Assembly: GCA_964016885.1 (NCBI GenBank)
Contig: OZ024741.1
Span: forward strand, 348,378,001 to 348,442,000
Direction of reading: 5' to 3'
Length of the DNA stretch: 64,000 bases
Source of the DNA: Eledone cirrhosa
Lineage: Eukaryota
A program made the position numbers and the translations under genes. This document shows positions 43,101 through 62,172 of the stretch, piece by piece. Numbering within the stretch: position 1 is the first letter of the stretch; every line of letters begins with the position of its first letter. Below the pieces are notes generated by a model. The model was not told the origin of the DNA and did not search any database. It worked only from the letters and a program-made list of their open reading frames with translations.

Positions 43101-44111
43101 GTGTGTGTATTCATATACATACTAGTATTTCAGTATACATATATGGATGTACATCTTTAACTTAATTGTTTAAGCGTCAGTCATACAAAAGTGAGTTACA
43201 AACGAAACGAAATTTAATTTCGTTTCGTTATTTGTTTTTATCGTCTCCGTTGAACCGGTACTTACTCACACTCTATGCAAGTTAGTCTGCCCACTACTAA
43301 TTTTCATAGAAAAAGCATATAACGATATGTGCTTTTACGATTCTCTAGAGAGGCCGGAAGATAGGTAAATATTGCTGATGAGTTGTAACAACAACGAAAC
43401 TAGTTCAATATTGCTTGTCTGGCTTTCTGGAGAATAGAGGAAAGGTGTTTCCTCAAAAACCAGTATGACTCTAAAAACCGGTTTGTCTGTGTGTTTACAT
43501 ACAGAATAGCTGGCCACTCACAGTAAAGTGACCAGTGAAAAAAAAACTTGGTACATCTACATATGTATACGTGTGTGTATTCATATACATACTAGTATTT
43601 CAGTATACATATATGGATGTACATCTTTAACTTAATTGTTTAAGCGTCAGTCATACAAAAGTGAGTTACAAACGAAACGAAATTTAATTTCGTTTCGTTA
43701 TTTGTTTTTATCGTCTCCGTTGAACCGGTACTTACTCACACTCTATGCAAGTTAGTCTGCCCACTACTAATTTTCATAGAAAAAGCATATAACGATATGT
43801 GCTTTTACGATTCTCTAGAGAGGCCGGAAGATAGGTAAATATTGCTGATGAGTTGTAACAACAACGAAACTAGTTCAATATTGCTTGTCTGGCTTTCTGG
43901 AGAATAGAGGAAAGGTGTTTCCTCAAAAACCAGTATGACTCTAAAAACCGGTTTGTCTGTGTGTTTACATACAGAATAGCTGGCCACTCACAGTAAAGTG
44001 ACCAGTGAAAAAAAACTTGGTACATCTACATATGTATACGTGTGTGTATTCATATACATACTAGTATTTCAGTATACATATATGGATGTACATCTTTAAC
44101 TTAATTATATA

Positions 44112-44148
<37 letters not shown>

Positions 44149-44173
44149 ACGCTTATATATATATATATATATG

Positions 44174-44213
<40 letters not shown>

Positions 44214-45149
44214 TATATATATATATATATATATATATGAAAAAATGGGGAGAAGAATACTGCATGGTTGCACATGGATAACATGTTATAAAATGAGTCC
44301 CTCATCAGTGATTTACCAACGGTCATAGGTATTTCATTGCATTAAAAATCATATACCTCACGTTGGCGCAATAATAACTAAAATAAGTTATTAGGACAAT
44401 TAAAACGCGTAAAGACGGTGAGACAAGTAAACAACATAGAAGAAAGCTATCCGAAGATAGGAAGAGACACAAGCTACATAGTTATTCTATCAGTATAAGC
44501 TGGGTGAATATATGAGCGAGTAGAAAATAGACCTTTCGAGATGAATCCGATGTAAGAAAGAAGGAATCGTTAACGTCGCGAACGGGGGGAAGTGAGAAGT
44601 GGAGAAACAGTGAGTGAGTGAGTGGAAGTGTGAGGAAGAGGTCAGTAGAGAGAAAGTGTTAACTGACATGACAGAGGGGACGAAAGAAAGTAAGAGAAAC
44701 AGAGAGAACGAGAACCACCTATTTATATCCCACCTTCTCTTTGTCTCTCTGCTGTTCTCTGTCTTTAGTTTCGCCAGACAAGCATTTTTATACATATTGA
44801 TACAACACGTTAGTTACGTTCCCTCACTTTACTACTCATTTTCAATTTACAAACCGCACATGTGCAAACGAAACCGCGCACATATTCACGTTCTCTCTTT
44901 CATTATCTCTCTCCCACTCTTTCTATCGCTCTCCCCCCCCCCCTCTCTGCATTTTTACATACACATTCATCCTCTTTCTCCTTGTACACTCACACAGACA
45001 CACTCTTTCTCTATCTACATCCTCTCACATCTCAGAGATAAAGTACACTTATACACCAGGTTTTCTCGCTTCGACTAGAAATATAAATCTGCTAGACTAA
45101 CAGCTACATATGGGATGCCTCATCCTGCTGTCATGAAATCATTGATATT

Positions 45150-45390
45150 TATGACTACATTGCAAGTTGTTGGTTCTTTATCGAAATCAAAGAGGACCAC
45201 AACTTCAATGTTAGGTGCAGGATCTTTGTTTTCGAAGAAGACTGGTGAGACCAATCTGTGACTGGAAACCTGGCCCACATGTGAAGTACATGTCGGTAAG
45301 CTCTCTGTTGAAGTGGATGTAGCGCTTCACATGAACCTCTGAATTGCGTCCGGTTTCAGCTGCACGTGCAATATCAGGGAGTGATGATTT
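45150..45390 (-). pseudogene. Degenerate RTE 3'-end fragment
   Basis: ..RAAETGRN..FTCGPGFQSQIGLTSLLRK resembles the RTE C-terminal C..C.R.F.SRIGL.SH.R motif. Confidence 0.45.
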
Positions 45391-47064
45391 GTAGTATATT
45401 GCAAGTGCTGGATTATTTTTGATCATAGTACCTCGCAATCAAATTGCTGTGGCGACAAAATATAATCCACAGCAACATCGTAATCAAATGTATATCATAA
45501 AATACACTTTACACTACCAGCTTGTCAGTATATTCATTGTCACATACATAAAAGCACTCACTATATAATACATCACGACCCATTCTCATCAGCAGCGATA
45601 CAATCTGGAACATGTATGATTCCACACTACCAATGAGGTTCTGCATGTTTAGCCTCCCTACAAGAAATAGCAACCAGCCTCATTTATAATTCTTGTCTAA
45701 CATCTTAAATAATGAAATACAATATAGTTGTGTTTTTCTGTTTGGTTTGTCCCACATCTACCATCATCGAGTTGATTCATCGACTAGATAATGCAATATT
45801 ATCTTTAATTGCAATCTGTCTAGCAACCTGAAAAATATGACAGGTAAATCAAGTATTTGTTCATCAGAGAAAAAAGCAGTCGATTTTATCGTACTCTGTA
45901 CTTCAATGATATTTGTTTAATTGGCTTTGGGAAGTGGAAAGCGAAATTGACATCGGCTTCATTTGAAATCACAATATGTCAATTTAGTGCTTGTTATTTA
46001 CTTCACCGGTTCAGAGATTCGACAAATTCACCACCCTATATGTAACATTATCCACCTCTAAAATGTGTCTACAGATGTACGGCCCTGCAGACTACGTGCT
46101 GTATCTATTTAATTGTGTCTAATAATCCCTGAGGATACATTTCACTTTATTATTATTGTGCGTAAACCAGACATCATTGTTTTAAGTAGTTAAAATACAT
46201 TTCTCATGTTTTGTTATTGGTATGGTTATGTACATTTAAATTATTTCTTCATCAATCATTTCTGAGAAAGAAAAGGGCTAGAACTTCACCACGCGAGAGT
46301 TACATTCCACGTATTTTACGGACAGTAATGAACATAGCTTACAATTACTTTTTATTCTTACTCACCCCAAGCAAGGAAATAAAGCCATAAACATTCAAAG
46401 GGGTACTGAGAAGAGAGAAGTACAAGATAGAGTTAACATAATTCAAGGAAAGAAAATGATGAGTAATGTTGCTTTTGAATTGTTGCAAATTGTAATAGCC
46501 AGGAAAGCAAACAGCTGGAACAGAATTGAATAGGCGAGATGTGTGAAGGGTAGAAATTATCAGGATAGAATTTAGGATTGATTTAATGAAATAAAACTGT
46601 AAACACGTGGATCCTAGCCACCAATATCGTGTTGCCTGTCAACTCCAGAAGAGGGGGCACCCAAAAGGGAGTTCGTCAGAATAATTCGCATGAATAAATT
46701 CATAGAAAAAACAAAGGGAGGCAACATTTCTACGGTGTGATAAGTGATTGAAGCTGACATGATAAGTTAAAACCAATATATTCCAAAACAAATTACTCCT
46801 GGATAAATTATTATATGCGCTAAGTGAATTCCATATTTGAAGTGTATATTATCCATTTCAATACTGCTTCTATCGTTTACCTCAGGTATTTATCAATGCG
46901 TAATCAGTTATATTGGGTAGGAGACGATTATATTGCCGCAATACAGAAATATTAATAATGTGGTCAAAATGAAGGATGAAAAGTAATTGTCAAGCTCGGC
47001 TGAATTCCAAAACAGAATCATAGTAGCAATACTACGTACTTATATACATAAATATTTCTTTATC

Positions 47065-47096
<32 letters not shown>

Positions 47097-47098
47097 AC

Positions 47099-50530
<3,432 letters not shown>

Positions 50531-50555
50531 AAATACTTCGCAAAACTATATATAT

Positions 50556-50609
50556 AACGAAGGGGTGGTAAGGAACCAGGTGGACCATAACGCACCAGAG
50601 TGCTCTTGG

Positions 50610-50649
<40 letters not shown>

Positions 50650-50945
50650 CAAAGAAGATGCGGTAAGATACCAGGTGGACGATAACGCACCAGAGTACTC
50701 GATAATTAGAGTGGGTAACAGGAAAAGAGTCAGGACACCGACGGCTGAGCTCCGGCCATTTCGATAGCTAGATCCAAACCGTTCAAATCTAAATGTCGAG
50801 ACGGCCGGAGCTCAGAAACAGTAAGCGGCTTTGAAATTAGAAATAGAAAGCTTCCGCCGTATATTTTCATAAATGAAATTTTAGCGAGATAATGGGGTTT
50901 AGAATCCTCTAAGAAAAAGAGAAAGATTAGTATTGACGTACATAT
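50556..50945. repeat. Cluster of Penelope pLTR terminal fragments
   Basis: 50556-50600 and 50648-50770 resemble 3517-3640, including the 3' half of the hammerhead on the minus strand. A short inverted helix III copy lies at ~50794-50812. 50815-50941 is homologous to the left palindrome arm at 23740-23866. Confidence 0.7.
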
Positions 50946-50963
50946 ACCATTTAAATCAGCCCG

Positions 50964-51071
<108 letters not shown>

Positions 51072-51177
51072 CCTGGTGAAGTCAATACATGTTTTTTACG
51101 AAGAATGAACTGTGATGTGAACTTATCTGTAAAACCCTTTCTGGGTAACGTAAGGAACACTTTTTAGTTTTTTATGC

Positions 51178-51212
51178 CCTTGAGAAGCCCTTTCGGGCGA
51201 AACGTACGTAGG
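51178..51212 (+). ncRNA. Minimal type I hammerhead (U3-A8 variant)
   Basis: CC-TTGAGAA-GCCC TTTC GGGC-GAA-AC GTAC GT-A-GG: perfect helix II, palindromic helix III, GUA triplet. Helix I is short or eroded. Confidence 0.65.
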
Positions 51213-51418
51213 TGATGTTTTAAATAAACATGTTTTAACGGTTTGTTCTCCTTTATATAATTCTCCACGTGTAACCGCTCTGCTTACATCCCCGCCCACA
51301 AGATATTAACACTTCTAATAATTAACACTGCAGGCACAAGTATTAGGACGTTTTGCATATGCTATTTGCAAATAACTACATGTATCGCCTATCTCTTTTT
51401 CTCTCTCTCGATACTTAA

Positions 51419-52066
<648 letters not shown>

Positions 52067-52087
52067 ATATATATATATATATATATA

Positions 52088-54424
52088 CAGATATAAGTGG
52101 TTACACAACAGTTAGTTCACCAACCGTGAACAATTGTTTCACCTTAGCGGATCCTCAGCTCGTAATGGACATAGTTATACGGAACAGGAAGGACAACCGT
52201 ACGAACGCGCATGGCAGAAACGCTCACTTCACTCAGGCAATTCTAACTTGCGTGCGAGAGTTGTAAGGGAGATTACTGTGTAAGTCCGAACGTTTCTAGT
52301 TGATAAGAAAACTAGGATGTTGTTGTAATTCAATCCTGAGTGTTGTAGTTATGTAAGAGCTGTTTCCGGACCTGAGGACAACGTATGAAGAATTCATTAC
52401 TTGTGTTTAGGCAATCGCTGTTGCGTAATCTCTTTAGAATATTTATTCGTTCATCAATACATAGTCCTCACGACGGATTTCACTTGCGTATGGCTTGGAC
52501 TTAGTGATGGCTTTCCATTGAATGGAGTAGTCTATACTTGAGTCTTTGAGGCACCATAAGTGGCTCGCGAGTTTCGTGGATGAACGTCTGTCCGAATACC
52601 TAAAGGTCGACATCGGATTTGATCGCGTGTTGTTGATTTGGTATGTTGGAAGTGACTACAGCTTCATAAACTACAGCAGGTGTGTTGCATTGCTGTTGAA
52701 GGGGACAATCTTCGGGCTTACGGCGTTCCTCACCCTGCAAGATCACAAGGTAGACTTTAGTTCTCACCCCACATGTAGACTACTAAACCTACACAGTAAG
52801 GCCATACTTAGAAACATAGTTAAGACCATTAGTACCAAGTCCAACCTGTCCCAGTGGGAGAACAGCGACTCCGTAATTAAGTTGTTTAACTCCTTCAAAT
52901 ACAAAAAAGCAAAGTTCACACTGTTTGACATTGTTGATTTTTACCCGTCGTTCTCAGAGACCGTGTTAAACAAAGCGTTGGACTTCGCTACCACTTACAC
53001 CACAGTCCATGATTTAGACAGAGAAATCATCGCTCACTGCCGGAAAAGCCTCCTCTACAACAACGGAGTAGTTCGGGCAAAGAAGTCAACAACTTCAGAC
53101 CTGTTCGGCGTCTCCATGGCATCGTTTGACAGTGCTGACGTTTGCGGCTTGGTTGGACTATTTATGTTAGACTTATTACGTGTTAGATTCTACACGGGAA
53201 TATACCGTGACGATGGACTGACCTTATCGGGCCATACAAGTGGTCACGACCTCGACCGGTTTAAAAAAGACTTAGCTTCTACCTTCAATGAGTTAGGACT
53301 TAGGATAACAGAGCTACCACCTCTCTAGCGTAGATTTCTTAAACATTAATTTAGACCTTCGCACACACACACAGACCCTTCTATAAGCTTAACGAAAAAC
53401 TAAATTACATTCACAAGGACTCTTGCCACCCTCCCGCTGTTTTTAGAAACTTCGTAATAATATAATTACTAGAATCTCAAACCTCTCCTCTAATAAGTCT
53501 ATCTTTGACAGAACGGCACCCTACTATAACACGGCGTTAGCTAACAGCGGATTCTCGCAACCTATCACTTACTCTCCCACTAACAACAAAAGCAATAAGA
53601 AAATAAAGCGTAACAATAGACAAACTATCAGGTTCTATCCTCCCTTCTCACTCAACGTTAAAACCAATGTAGGCAAAACATTTCTAGCCCTCATAGATAG
53701 ACACTTTCCCATAGGTCATAAATACCGCTCCATCTTTAACCGACACAAAGTAAAACTAGGATATTCCTGCGCTAAGAACATGAACGCCTACATCACCAAC
53801 AGCCCTAAGAGCAACACCACACCAGGGTGCTCTTGCCGTAAGCCCGAAGTTTGTCCCCTTCAACAGCAATGCAACACACTCGCTGTAGTGTATGAAACTG
53901 TGGTCACTTCCAACAGACCAAATCAACCACAGGAGGTCAAATCCTATGTCGCCCTTTAGGTACCGGGACATACGCAAGGGGAAATCCGTAGTGTGGACTC
54001 CGTATTGATGAACGAATACATATTCTAAAGAGATTACGCAATAGCGATTGCCTAAACTCAAGTTGTGAATTCTTTACACACGTCTGGAAACACCTCTTAC
54101 ATAACTACAAAGCTAAGGATGAAATTACAACAACATCCTAATTTTCTTATCAACTAGAAACTTTCGGACTTACACAGTAATCTCCATTACACCTCTCGCA
54201 CGCAATTTAGTATTGCCTGAGTGAAGTGACCGTTTCTGCGCATGCGCGTTCGTACGGCTGTCCTTCCTGTTCAGCATAACCATGTCCATTACGAGCTAAG
54301 GATCCGCTAAGGTGAAACAATTGTTCTGGGTATGTTGAACTAACTGTTGTGTAACCACATCTACCTTACTAGTCCCATGGACTGAGAGCTCTACCACTAC
54401 GGATATTACCTTCCTGTGTTCTAC

Positions 54425-54428
<4 letters not shown>
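52088..54428 (+). mobile_element. 5'-truncated Penelope-like element with ~630-bp inverted copy of its 3' region
   Basis: RT from 52727: FLTLQDHK..PTCRL, FDIVDFYPS, VSMASFDSADVC.LVG, GIYRDDGL. Thumb, linker and GIY-YIG remnants extend to ~53970. Inverted arms at ~52094-52726 and ~53834-54360; the right arm has a ~100-bp deletion. Confidence 0.88.
52125..52162 (-). ncRNA. Minimal hammerhead motif in pLTR (the direct copy at 54292-54329 has a G5-to-A core mutation)
   Basis: CGAG-CTGAGGA-TCC GCTAA GGT-GAA-AC AATT GT-T-CACG; palindromic helix III, weak helices I and II. Confidence 0.5.
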
Positions 54429-54510
<82 letters not shown>

Positions 54511-55089
54511 TTGCTTCTCGTTTTTTATAAATCATTTTTATTCTTAATTGGCCTCACGTTTGCCAACCGTATTTAATTTTATTTTAATATTTCAATTTTT
54601 TTTCTTTCATTTATCTCTGAAAATCTTGTTTTGGTTTCTGAAATGTAAGATGTACTAGATACTCTCTCTAGTCTATCATGCCTTACTTGCTCTATGGCGA
54701 CGTTTAAAATGTTTAAATAAATAAACAATTAATAAATAAACGTTGATATTACAAAAGCAGAGAACACCTGTAAAAAGAGTCGATTAGTGTAAAGGAGAAC
54801 TAATGTAATAAGATAGCTCTCTACGGGAATAAAGTGGCAGCAGCCCCTACGGACTATCACACAGTTTCTTTAAGGTCCTATGTATATTCTATCGATATAG
54901 CGTACGACTCTCCGGAGTGGCAGCTGTTCACTTTTTTTTCCCCGTTTACAGGACTCTTTTACCCGATTTTGCACAGATGTGTTCGTTTATGTTACTGTCA
55001 GCCAGTGGGATCCCTAAATTTTCAAATATTGATGTGTATATTTTATATTCTCGTATGATTGTATGTATACATGCAAGTAAAGATCTATG

Positions 55090-55138
<49 letters not shown>

Positions 55139-55233
55139 TATGTATATATATACGGTAATAATAAATGTGAAGTCTAAAATCCGAAGATTCTTTACTTAAA
55201 CTTTAACCTGTTCTTATAATATATACACGCACG

Positions 55234-55371
<138 letters not shown>

Positions 55372-55745
55372 TGTGTGTGTGTGAGTATGTCAATTATTTT
55401 ATTTTATTACATTTTGCATTGAGTACGATTATTATGCTTCACCAAGTGGTATATACTTATTTATCTCCCCGGAATCTTCAAACGTCTTTATGTTGCAAGT
55501 ATTCAAGCAACATGAAATGTTGTACGAAGAATTATAACTATCTGTAGTGAAATGCGAGCTGCAATGCGATCTCTCACTCGATTGTAGCTCCACTTAGACA
55601 AATACATTCCAAACGACATACTGCTATCACATTTAGTAAAGTCGCCTGGGAAAATATAGTTTTGTTAAGGTAAACATAAAACTGGTGCAGCGCTCAGGTT
55701 TCAAGATCAGAAGACCCCCTTGATCAAGGATACATAATTCCTATC

Positions 55746-55777
<32 letters not shown>

Positions 55778-57329
55778 GTATTATCATCATCATCATCATC
55801 TTCATATATTTTAGTTGTATTTCTTAGTTGCTCGAACAATCTAAATTCTAGTTGGCCTTCTGGTGTACAAAACTTAGCGACCAACTATCGCTCAAAATAC
55901 GCCCTATTCTACGAAACAGGAAAAATACATTAGGTTATTTTGATGAATATACATTATTCATTCTCCAGCTCATACAATATTTAGATTACTTGAAAACATC
56001 TCAGTTAATCTATAGAGTTTTAAGACCAATACACAAATCAGAATTAGTGGAAAATGTCAACAAATTACTTATGAATGATAATGTTTATTTATTCATTGTT
56101 TTATTTAAATATTTTGGAATACTTGATTTATTTCAGTTATTGGCAAAGAGTTTATAAAAATTAGGTTGTCACCACGGGCACGTCGAAATTTGTTAGTTAA
56201 TATGTGAATTGATATATTATTTGTTTAATTACTTTCACTATTATTTATTGTAATGTAATAAAAAGTGATGCTTCTTGCTTCTAACCTTTTCTTTAGGAAA
56301 ATTGTGATTTATTTTCTGTGAATGTTCTCCGTGTATTTATATATCCATTGAATGTCAGGTTTATATTTTCGAAATTGCGTAGGTTAATGAATAAGGAGGC
56401 AGGTTCTACCATACTTCAAATTTCAGATGGGCCTGCAAATTGTTACAAAACTGTCACGTAGTTTGAAACGTCAAAATCACATGTAATTTATAGGCAAACA
56501 AATTCCATGCTGACTGACCGAAGGATGTAGGCTGTCTATTGTCCTGAGTTTGTCAACATATACTAGTAATTTTTAAATTTGCCCCTTCATACATCGTGTG
56601 TTTTCAATATGGTAGTTTGCCGGAGGTGTTTGGCAGCCGATCTGTTAATGACCTCCGACCGTTAATATGATTGATGTTTTAAGTGATGGGCATCATAACA
56701 TCGAGAGTTCGTCAAACTTAAGCTATCATATGTAGTAATTAACATCTATGATCTGTTAATTGAATAGTCGTTAGTTTGCTGCGTATCTATGTAATAAGGT
56801 ATTTTTTCGTTCATTTGAATTAACGGACAAGTTTAGTCAGACATACATGTCATTTATGACATGTATGTCATTCATGGCGTCACTCATCATAAGAGTATAA
56901 ATGGTTGTGCGATGGATTACAGGCAAATACATGCTTATGCGGTGCTAGAAAATAATAATTATGTATAACAAATAGGAAATCTGAATTATAATGTAACATA
57001 AACCATGTGAAATATATAATAAAGGTAAAGTATAAAGTTTATGTATCTTATAATAGCTATTAAATATAATCTATAAACATATTCACACAAAATACAGCAC
57101 TGTGTATACATTTACATAGTGTGTTCATGTAGATATAAACAGAGAAACGCAAGTATACGCACAATATACATCCATAAATATGTGGAAAGTTTAACCAGGC
57201 TTAGTGGTTTACACCCACCTATACATAGGTGTACAGTTATACGTCAATTAGCGTGAATGTCTACGCAATAATATAACAGATACATAAAAAAATGCAATAT
57301 AAATTTTATTAGTATGTAGGATGAATTTC

Positions 57330-57392
<63 letters not shown>

Positions 57393-57859
57393 ATAAACTA
57401 AATGCTATGAAATAAGTATAAATATGAAATACAATAAATTTAAATTGTAAAAATGGAACAATATTTAAGAGGCACAAGACACATAGCAAATAGGAATTAT
57501 ACACATATATTTACATATATAAACGTGCAGAAAGTTCTAGATACATGCACACGTAGAGACCCACCGGTATATGTATGAGTTTGCGGATATGAATATACAT
57601 ACACACAGAAAGGTTCCCGCACACTGAGTAAAGATGTAAAAGGTGTAAATATAAAAGTGTATAAATATAAATAAAAATGTATGTATTGTAACTATATAAA
57701 TAAATAAATACATAAATACTTTTAAAAATCAGTGAATGTATGAATAAGGGCATTCGTCGACTACAATGTGTATTCATCGACATGCACGGAAATTGATAAA
57801 CATATAACACACCCAAAATAAATAGCTCTAAGCGACATGCAAGATATAATATGAATAAT

Positions 57860-58040
57860 TGTTTCTATTTTGGGCACAAGGCCAGCAATTAATACAGTGA
57901 ATTACTGGTAATTTATTTTATCGACCTTTCATAGGGATGAAAGGCAAAGTTAACCTCGGCGAGATTTGAACTGAGGCCGTAAAGGGCTGCAAGTCTATGC
58001 TCTAAAGCATAGCGTCCGACCCTCTACCGATACTGCCAAT
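57860..58040 (-). mobile_element. SINE fragment
   Basis: Reverse complement of the 22525 family (GGATGAAAGGCAAAGTTAACCTCGGCGAGATTTGAACT; GGCACAAGGCCAGCAA). Confidence 0.7.
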
Positions 58041-60349
58041 CCATATACATCATATAGGAAGTAGGAGAGTAATTTGAATGCCAGAATAAATATTAGAACC
58101 TGCGTAAGGTCATCTAGGTTGCGGATAATTGCCTTATTCGAATGGTGGATCTTAATCGGTAATCCGGATTACGACCCTCAAATGTTAATTAGGTGCCTTT
58201 ATACGAATCGACTGTATCCCACACATTTGACCTAGGTCTTCGGTTTGAGGATAACATTACTCAACATACCGCTTAGTTTCAGTCTTCACAAAATATCTAT
58301 ATGACATGCCTAGCGAAACAAAGCAATTAAACATTCGTAAGAGAAATTCTATAAAAATTTCTTAAATTAATTACGTGTTTCCAGGATAAGCTTTCAATCA
58401 ATCAATGAGATTAAATGTTAAAAACTGTCATGTATGTGTAGATGAGAATCCAGATAGAATTTTATCTACATTTTCACTGAAATATTTATAATTATATTAT
58501 ATTGATTAAATAAGGAAGAACTTATCGAAATAAACACTATATGTTGCATGGATATGCGTTCTTAGTGCATGGAAATCATCTCTATTTTTCAGGTATATGA
58601 CATCAAGTCATTAAAGTGCCATTATTATACTGGTTATAAATTTATGAACTCATGCACGAATTCAAGAAAGATTCGCGAGAAAAAAGCACAGAAAAAAAGA
58701 GAACTTGCAGGAAATTTTCAATAAATGATTGTTTATTTTTCTATATTTGTCATTGTCGTTATATGATATATTAAATTAAAGACAGATTACCTTCACATAC
58801 AACCCAAATACATTATATTGCATTTTCAGTAAGCACTATCATAAATTTTCCGTTATACATCGACTGTAAATATTATATTTCAGATAAATTACATTGTCTT
58901 TATATTTTCTTCTGGGACTTTATTTAGGCACAGTTGTTGTAAAATCAAGTAATCCTCATTTATTTCATGAAACGTGGTCAAACGGTTGACTATCACATAA
59001 AACTCATAGTGGTATTTACATACGTCCTTGAATTTCTGAGTTCAAATCTCTCCAAAGACGATTTTACTGTTCACCCAGAAACAAATATGACCCCACCTCT
59101 GTATTTTAGATTAACTATCAGAAGTTCTGTAGCGACGAGCAAAGTAATTAATTTTGTTTCGTCATATTCTATTAACTTCAGGCTACTATTTTCCTGGTAA
59201 ATATGTATAATAGTCATGTGCCCGTGTAATAGTTAGCTGTCATTTAGGACTAGACATATATATGGTAATGATGTTTATCCACCCGTCTGTGATAGAAGTT
59301 CCGTGCCTATGACCCTTTCTAGTTTCGTATGCCCTGACAATAGTAGAATGAAGGGAATCATTTATCTTCTCAGCTCAGACATGCCCCAACTGTTTGCTCA
59401 ACTATGGGCTCTTCTAAATGCCACCGTGGCTAAACCTTCATTGTAATTCAAACGACCAACTGACACTACTATCCATAAAATAAAAACACAAAGAGGCGGA
59501 ATATATGCCACAAAGCCTGGTGTGGAATATTTGAAATTTTGCTGATCAACAGCTCAGGATCTGTATATATTTTATATACCCCAACAAGAAACACGGCAAA
59601 TTTAGCCTCAGCAGAATTTAATCTCATATCGCAGAGTCATGGCGTAAATATCGAAGCATTACCTTTTCTTTTACTTCTGATACAAAGCTCAGGGACAAAC
59701 CAACTTCCATCCAGACCTAGTAAATTTCATTATTAAATTAAAATGATTTGTCACATTTGATCATAAACCAGTTGAAACAGAGGTGGCCAAGAGTAGAAAA
59801 ATTACCGCAAAACAAAAGAATAAAACGTAGAAGGAGGTAGTTGTTGATGCATGATTAAAAGATAGGTTAGTCTTTGAAAGGGAGTGCCTTACCATAGGTC
59901 GACACGTACATGGTTCACATAACACTAATCAACGTCAGCATCACACAGAAAAGACATACAGAATGTAGATTAAGATTCGCTGTGCCTGAATTAATAAGAG
60001 GCAGAATTTGATGACGATATTCGTATTACACAATCTAAATAAGAAAATTCGTGATATTTGAAAATGATACAAGTTTATCATATGTTGGCTAGATCACAGC
60101 TTGCCAATCCATGAAGTGATTAGTGTCGAATCAACAACATCTCAATATATGTCAGTAAAAGGAGCAAGGAATGAAATACACAAGACACTTAGCTTGCAAA
60201 GTTCAGAGAATACGTGGGAGTGCTGACTTTCGCAATCTAACATATATCTTCTAGTACAATACACAATCTTTGGCTTAAGATTAACCTTCATACCACGACT
60301 TTAATCACCTCACTTTCATTTTCTCTCTCTCTACCATTCATTTTCTGAA

Positions 60350-61010
<661 letters not shown>

Positions 61011-61283
61011 GAAAAAATGAAACGATATTTCATTTCCCACTCTTAGTACGGCTGTTACTTAAATATAAGTATGTACACGTACATACATATATGTATACCG
61101 ACGTACAGTAGTATGTATATATATATATGCATACATGCACACATATATATATGCACGTATGGATTCACCGAACATTTATTATAATGCTCGGTGTGTTTGA
61201 AAACAAACATCCCGTATTAAGCCGTAGTGTCTAGCAACCACCGTTGCTCGTTTGTTCAACACTGACAAATATATATATATATA

Positions 61284-61406
<123 letters not shown>

Positions 61407-61773
61407 ATGAATAAGAATTAAATCATCGTATTTGTTATCTTCCTGGGAGAAGAGATATATCCATATATACGAGTCCAATATGACATCAGTAATGTTATAT
61501 ATCTGACACACACCTGCATGCGCGCAAACACACATAAACACACAAAGCCAAGCACTGACAGAATCCCGACCACCTCCCCCCCCCCCCCCCAACATAACCA
61601 TGCACGCTTATTGCTTTCAACTGTCTTCAAATTTCAGATTCTGATTTCAGTGCCAGTGAATGTAATCTTAGGCCAATGCTTGTGCTAAGCACTTCGATCC
61701 ACCCAACTGATCCGGTAAAAACGCACATTTTAGTATATATATATATACATATATATATATTTTTCAAAATATT

Positions 61774-62172
61774 AATAAATGAAGACGTTCACATAATCAA
61801 AATGTATGTTTTATTATATATATTTCGGAGGTACTGTGCTGTTTTTTCAGTATGTCCTCATCAGTTAAAATACATGGATTGATGTATGACATACCTCAAC
61901 TGACTTGATGGTTCAATTCCAGTATTGGCAGTATTTTATCTGATGAGGACATACCGAAAAAATAGCACAGTACCTCAGAAATATATATAATAAAACATAT
62001 ATTTTGATTATGTGAACGTCTTCATTTATTGAAGAATATTAATAACAGTATTGGCAGTATTTTATCTGATGAGGACATAGTGAAAAAACAGCACAGTACC
62101 TCAGAAATATATTTAATAAAACATATATTTTGATTATGTGAACGTCTTCATTTGTTGAAGAATATTAATAAC
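61774..62172 (+). mobile_element. Mini hammerhead repeat: inverted partial copy plus two direct 126-bp units
   Basis: Inverted copy 61774-61873; direct units 61920-62045 and 62046-62172. Each contains a CTGATGA..GAAA hammerhead fold. Confidence 0.75.
61934..61995 (+). ncRNA. Type I hammerhead in the 126-bp unit (other copies 62060-62121 +, 61809-61870 -)
   Basis: Consensus TTTTAT-CTGATGA-GGA CA TACTG..CAGTA CC TCC-GAA-AT ATAT AT-A-ATAAAA: helix I 6 bp, palindromic helix III, AUA triplet. Each individual copy carries one or more defects. Confidence 0.6.

Larger units (their letters stand above)
39492..44106 (+). mobile_element. Retrozyme-like tandem array: one inverted partial copy plus nine direct ~470-bp hammerhead-containing units
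   Basis: Inverted copy 39492-39895. Direct run 39893-44106 with unit spacings 470,469,443,470,469,443,469,470. Every unit has AATATTG-CTGATGA-GTTGT AACA ACAAC-GAA-AC TA GT-T-CAATATT. Both ends lie in (TA)n. Confidence 0.88.

Noticed and set aside
39684-43987. Repeated 60-aa ORF MASYSVCKHTDK.. (10 copies)
   Set aside because: It starts at GTG, is antisense to the hammerhead strand and has no recognisable domain. Its conservation simply reflects unit identity.
39893-44106. CRISPR-like array
   Set aside because: Units are ~470 bp and identical throughout, with no unique spacers and no cas genes; the context is eukaryotic.
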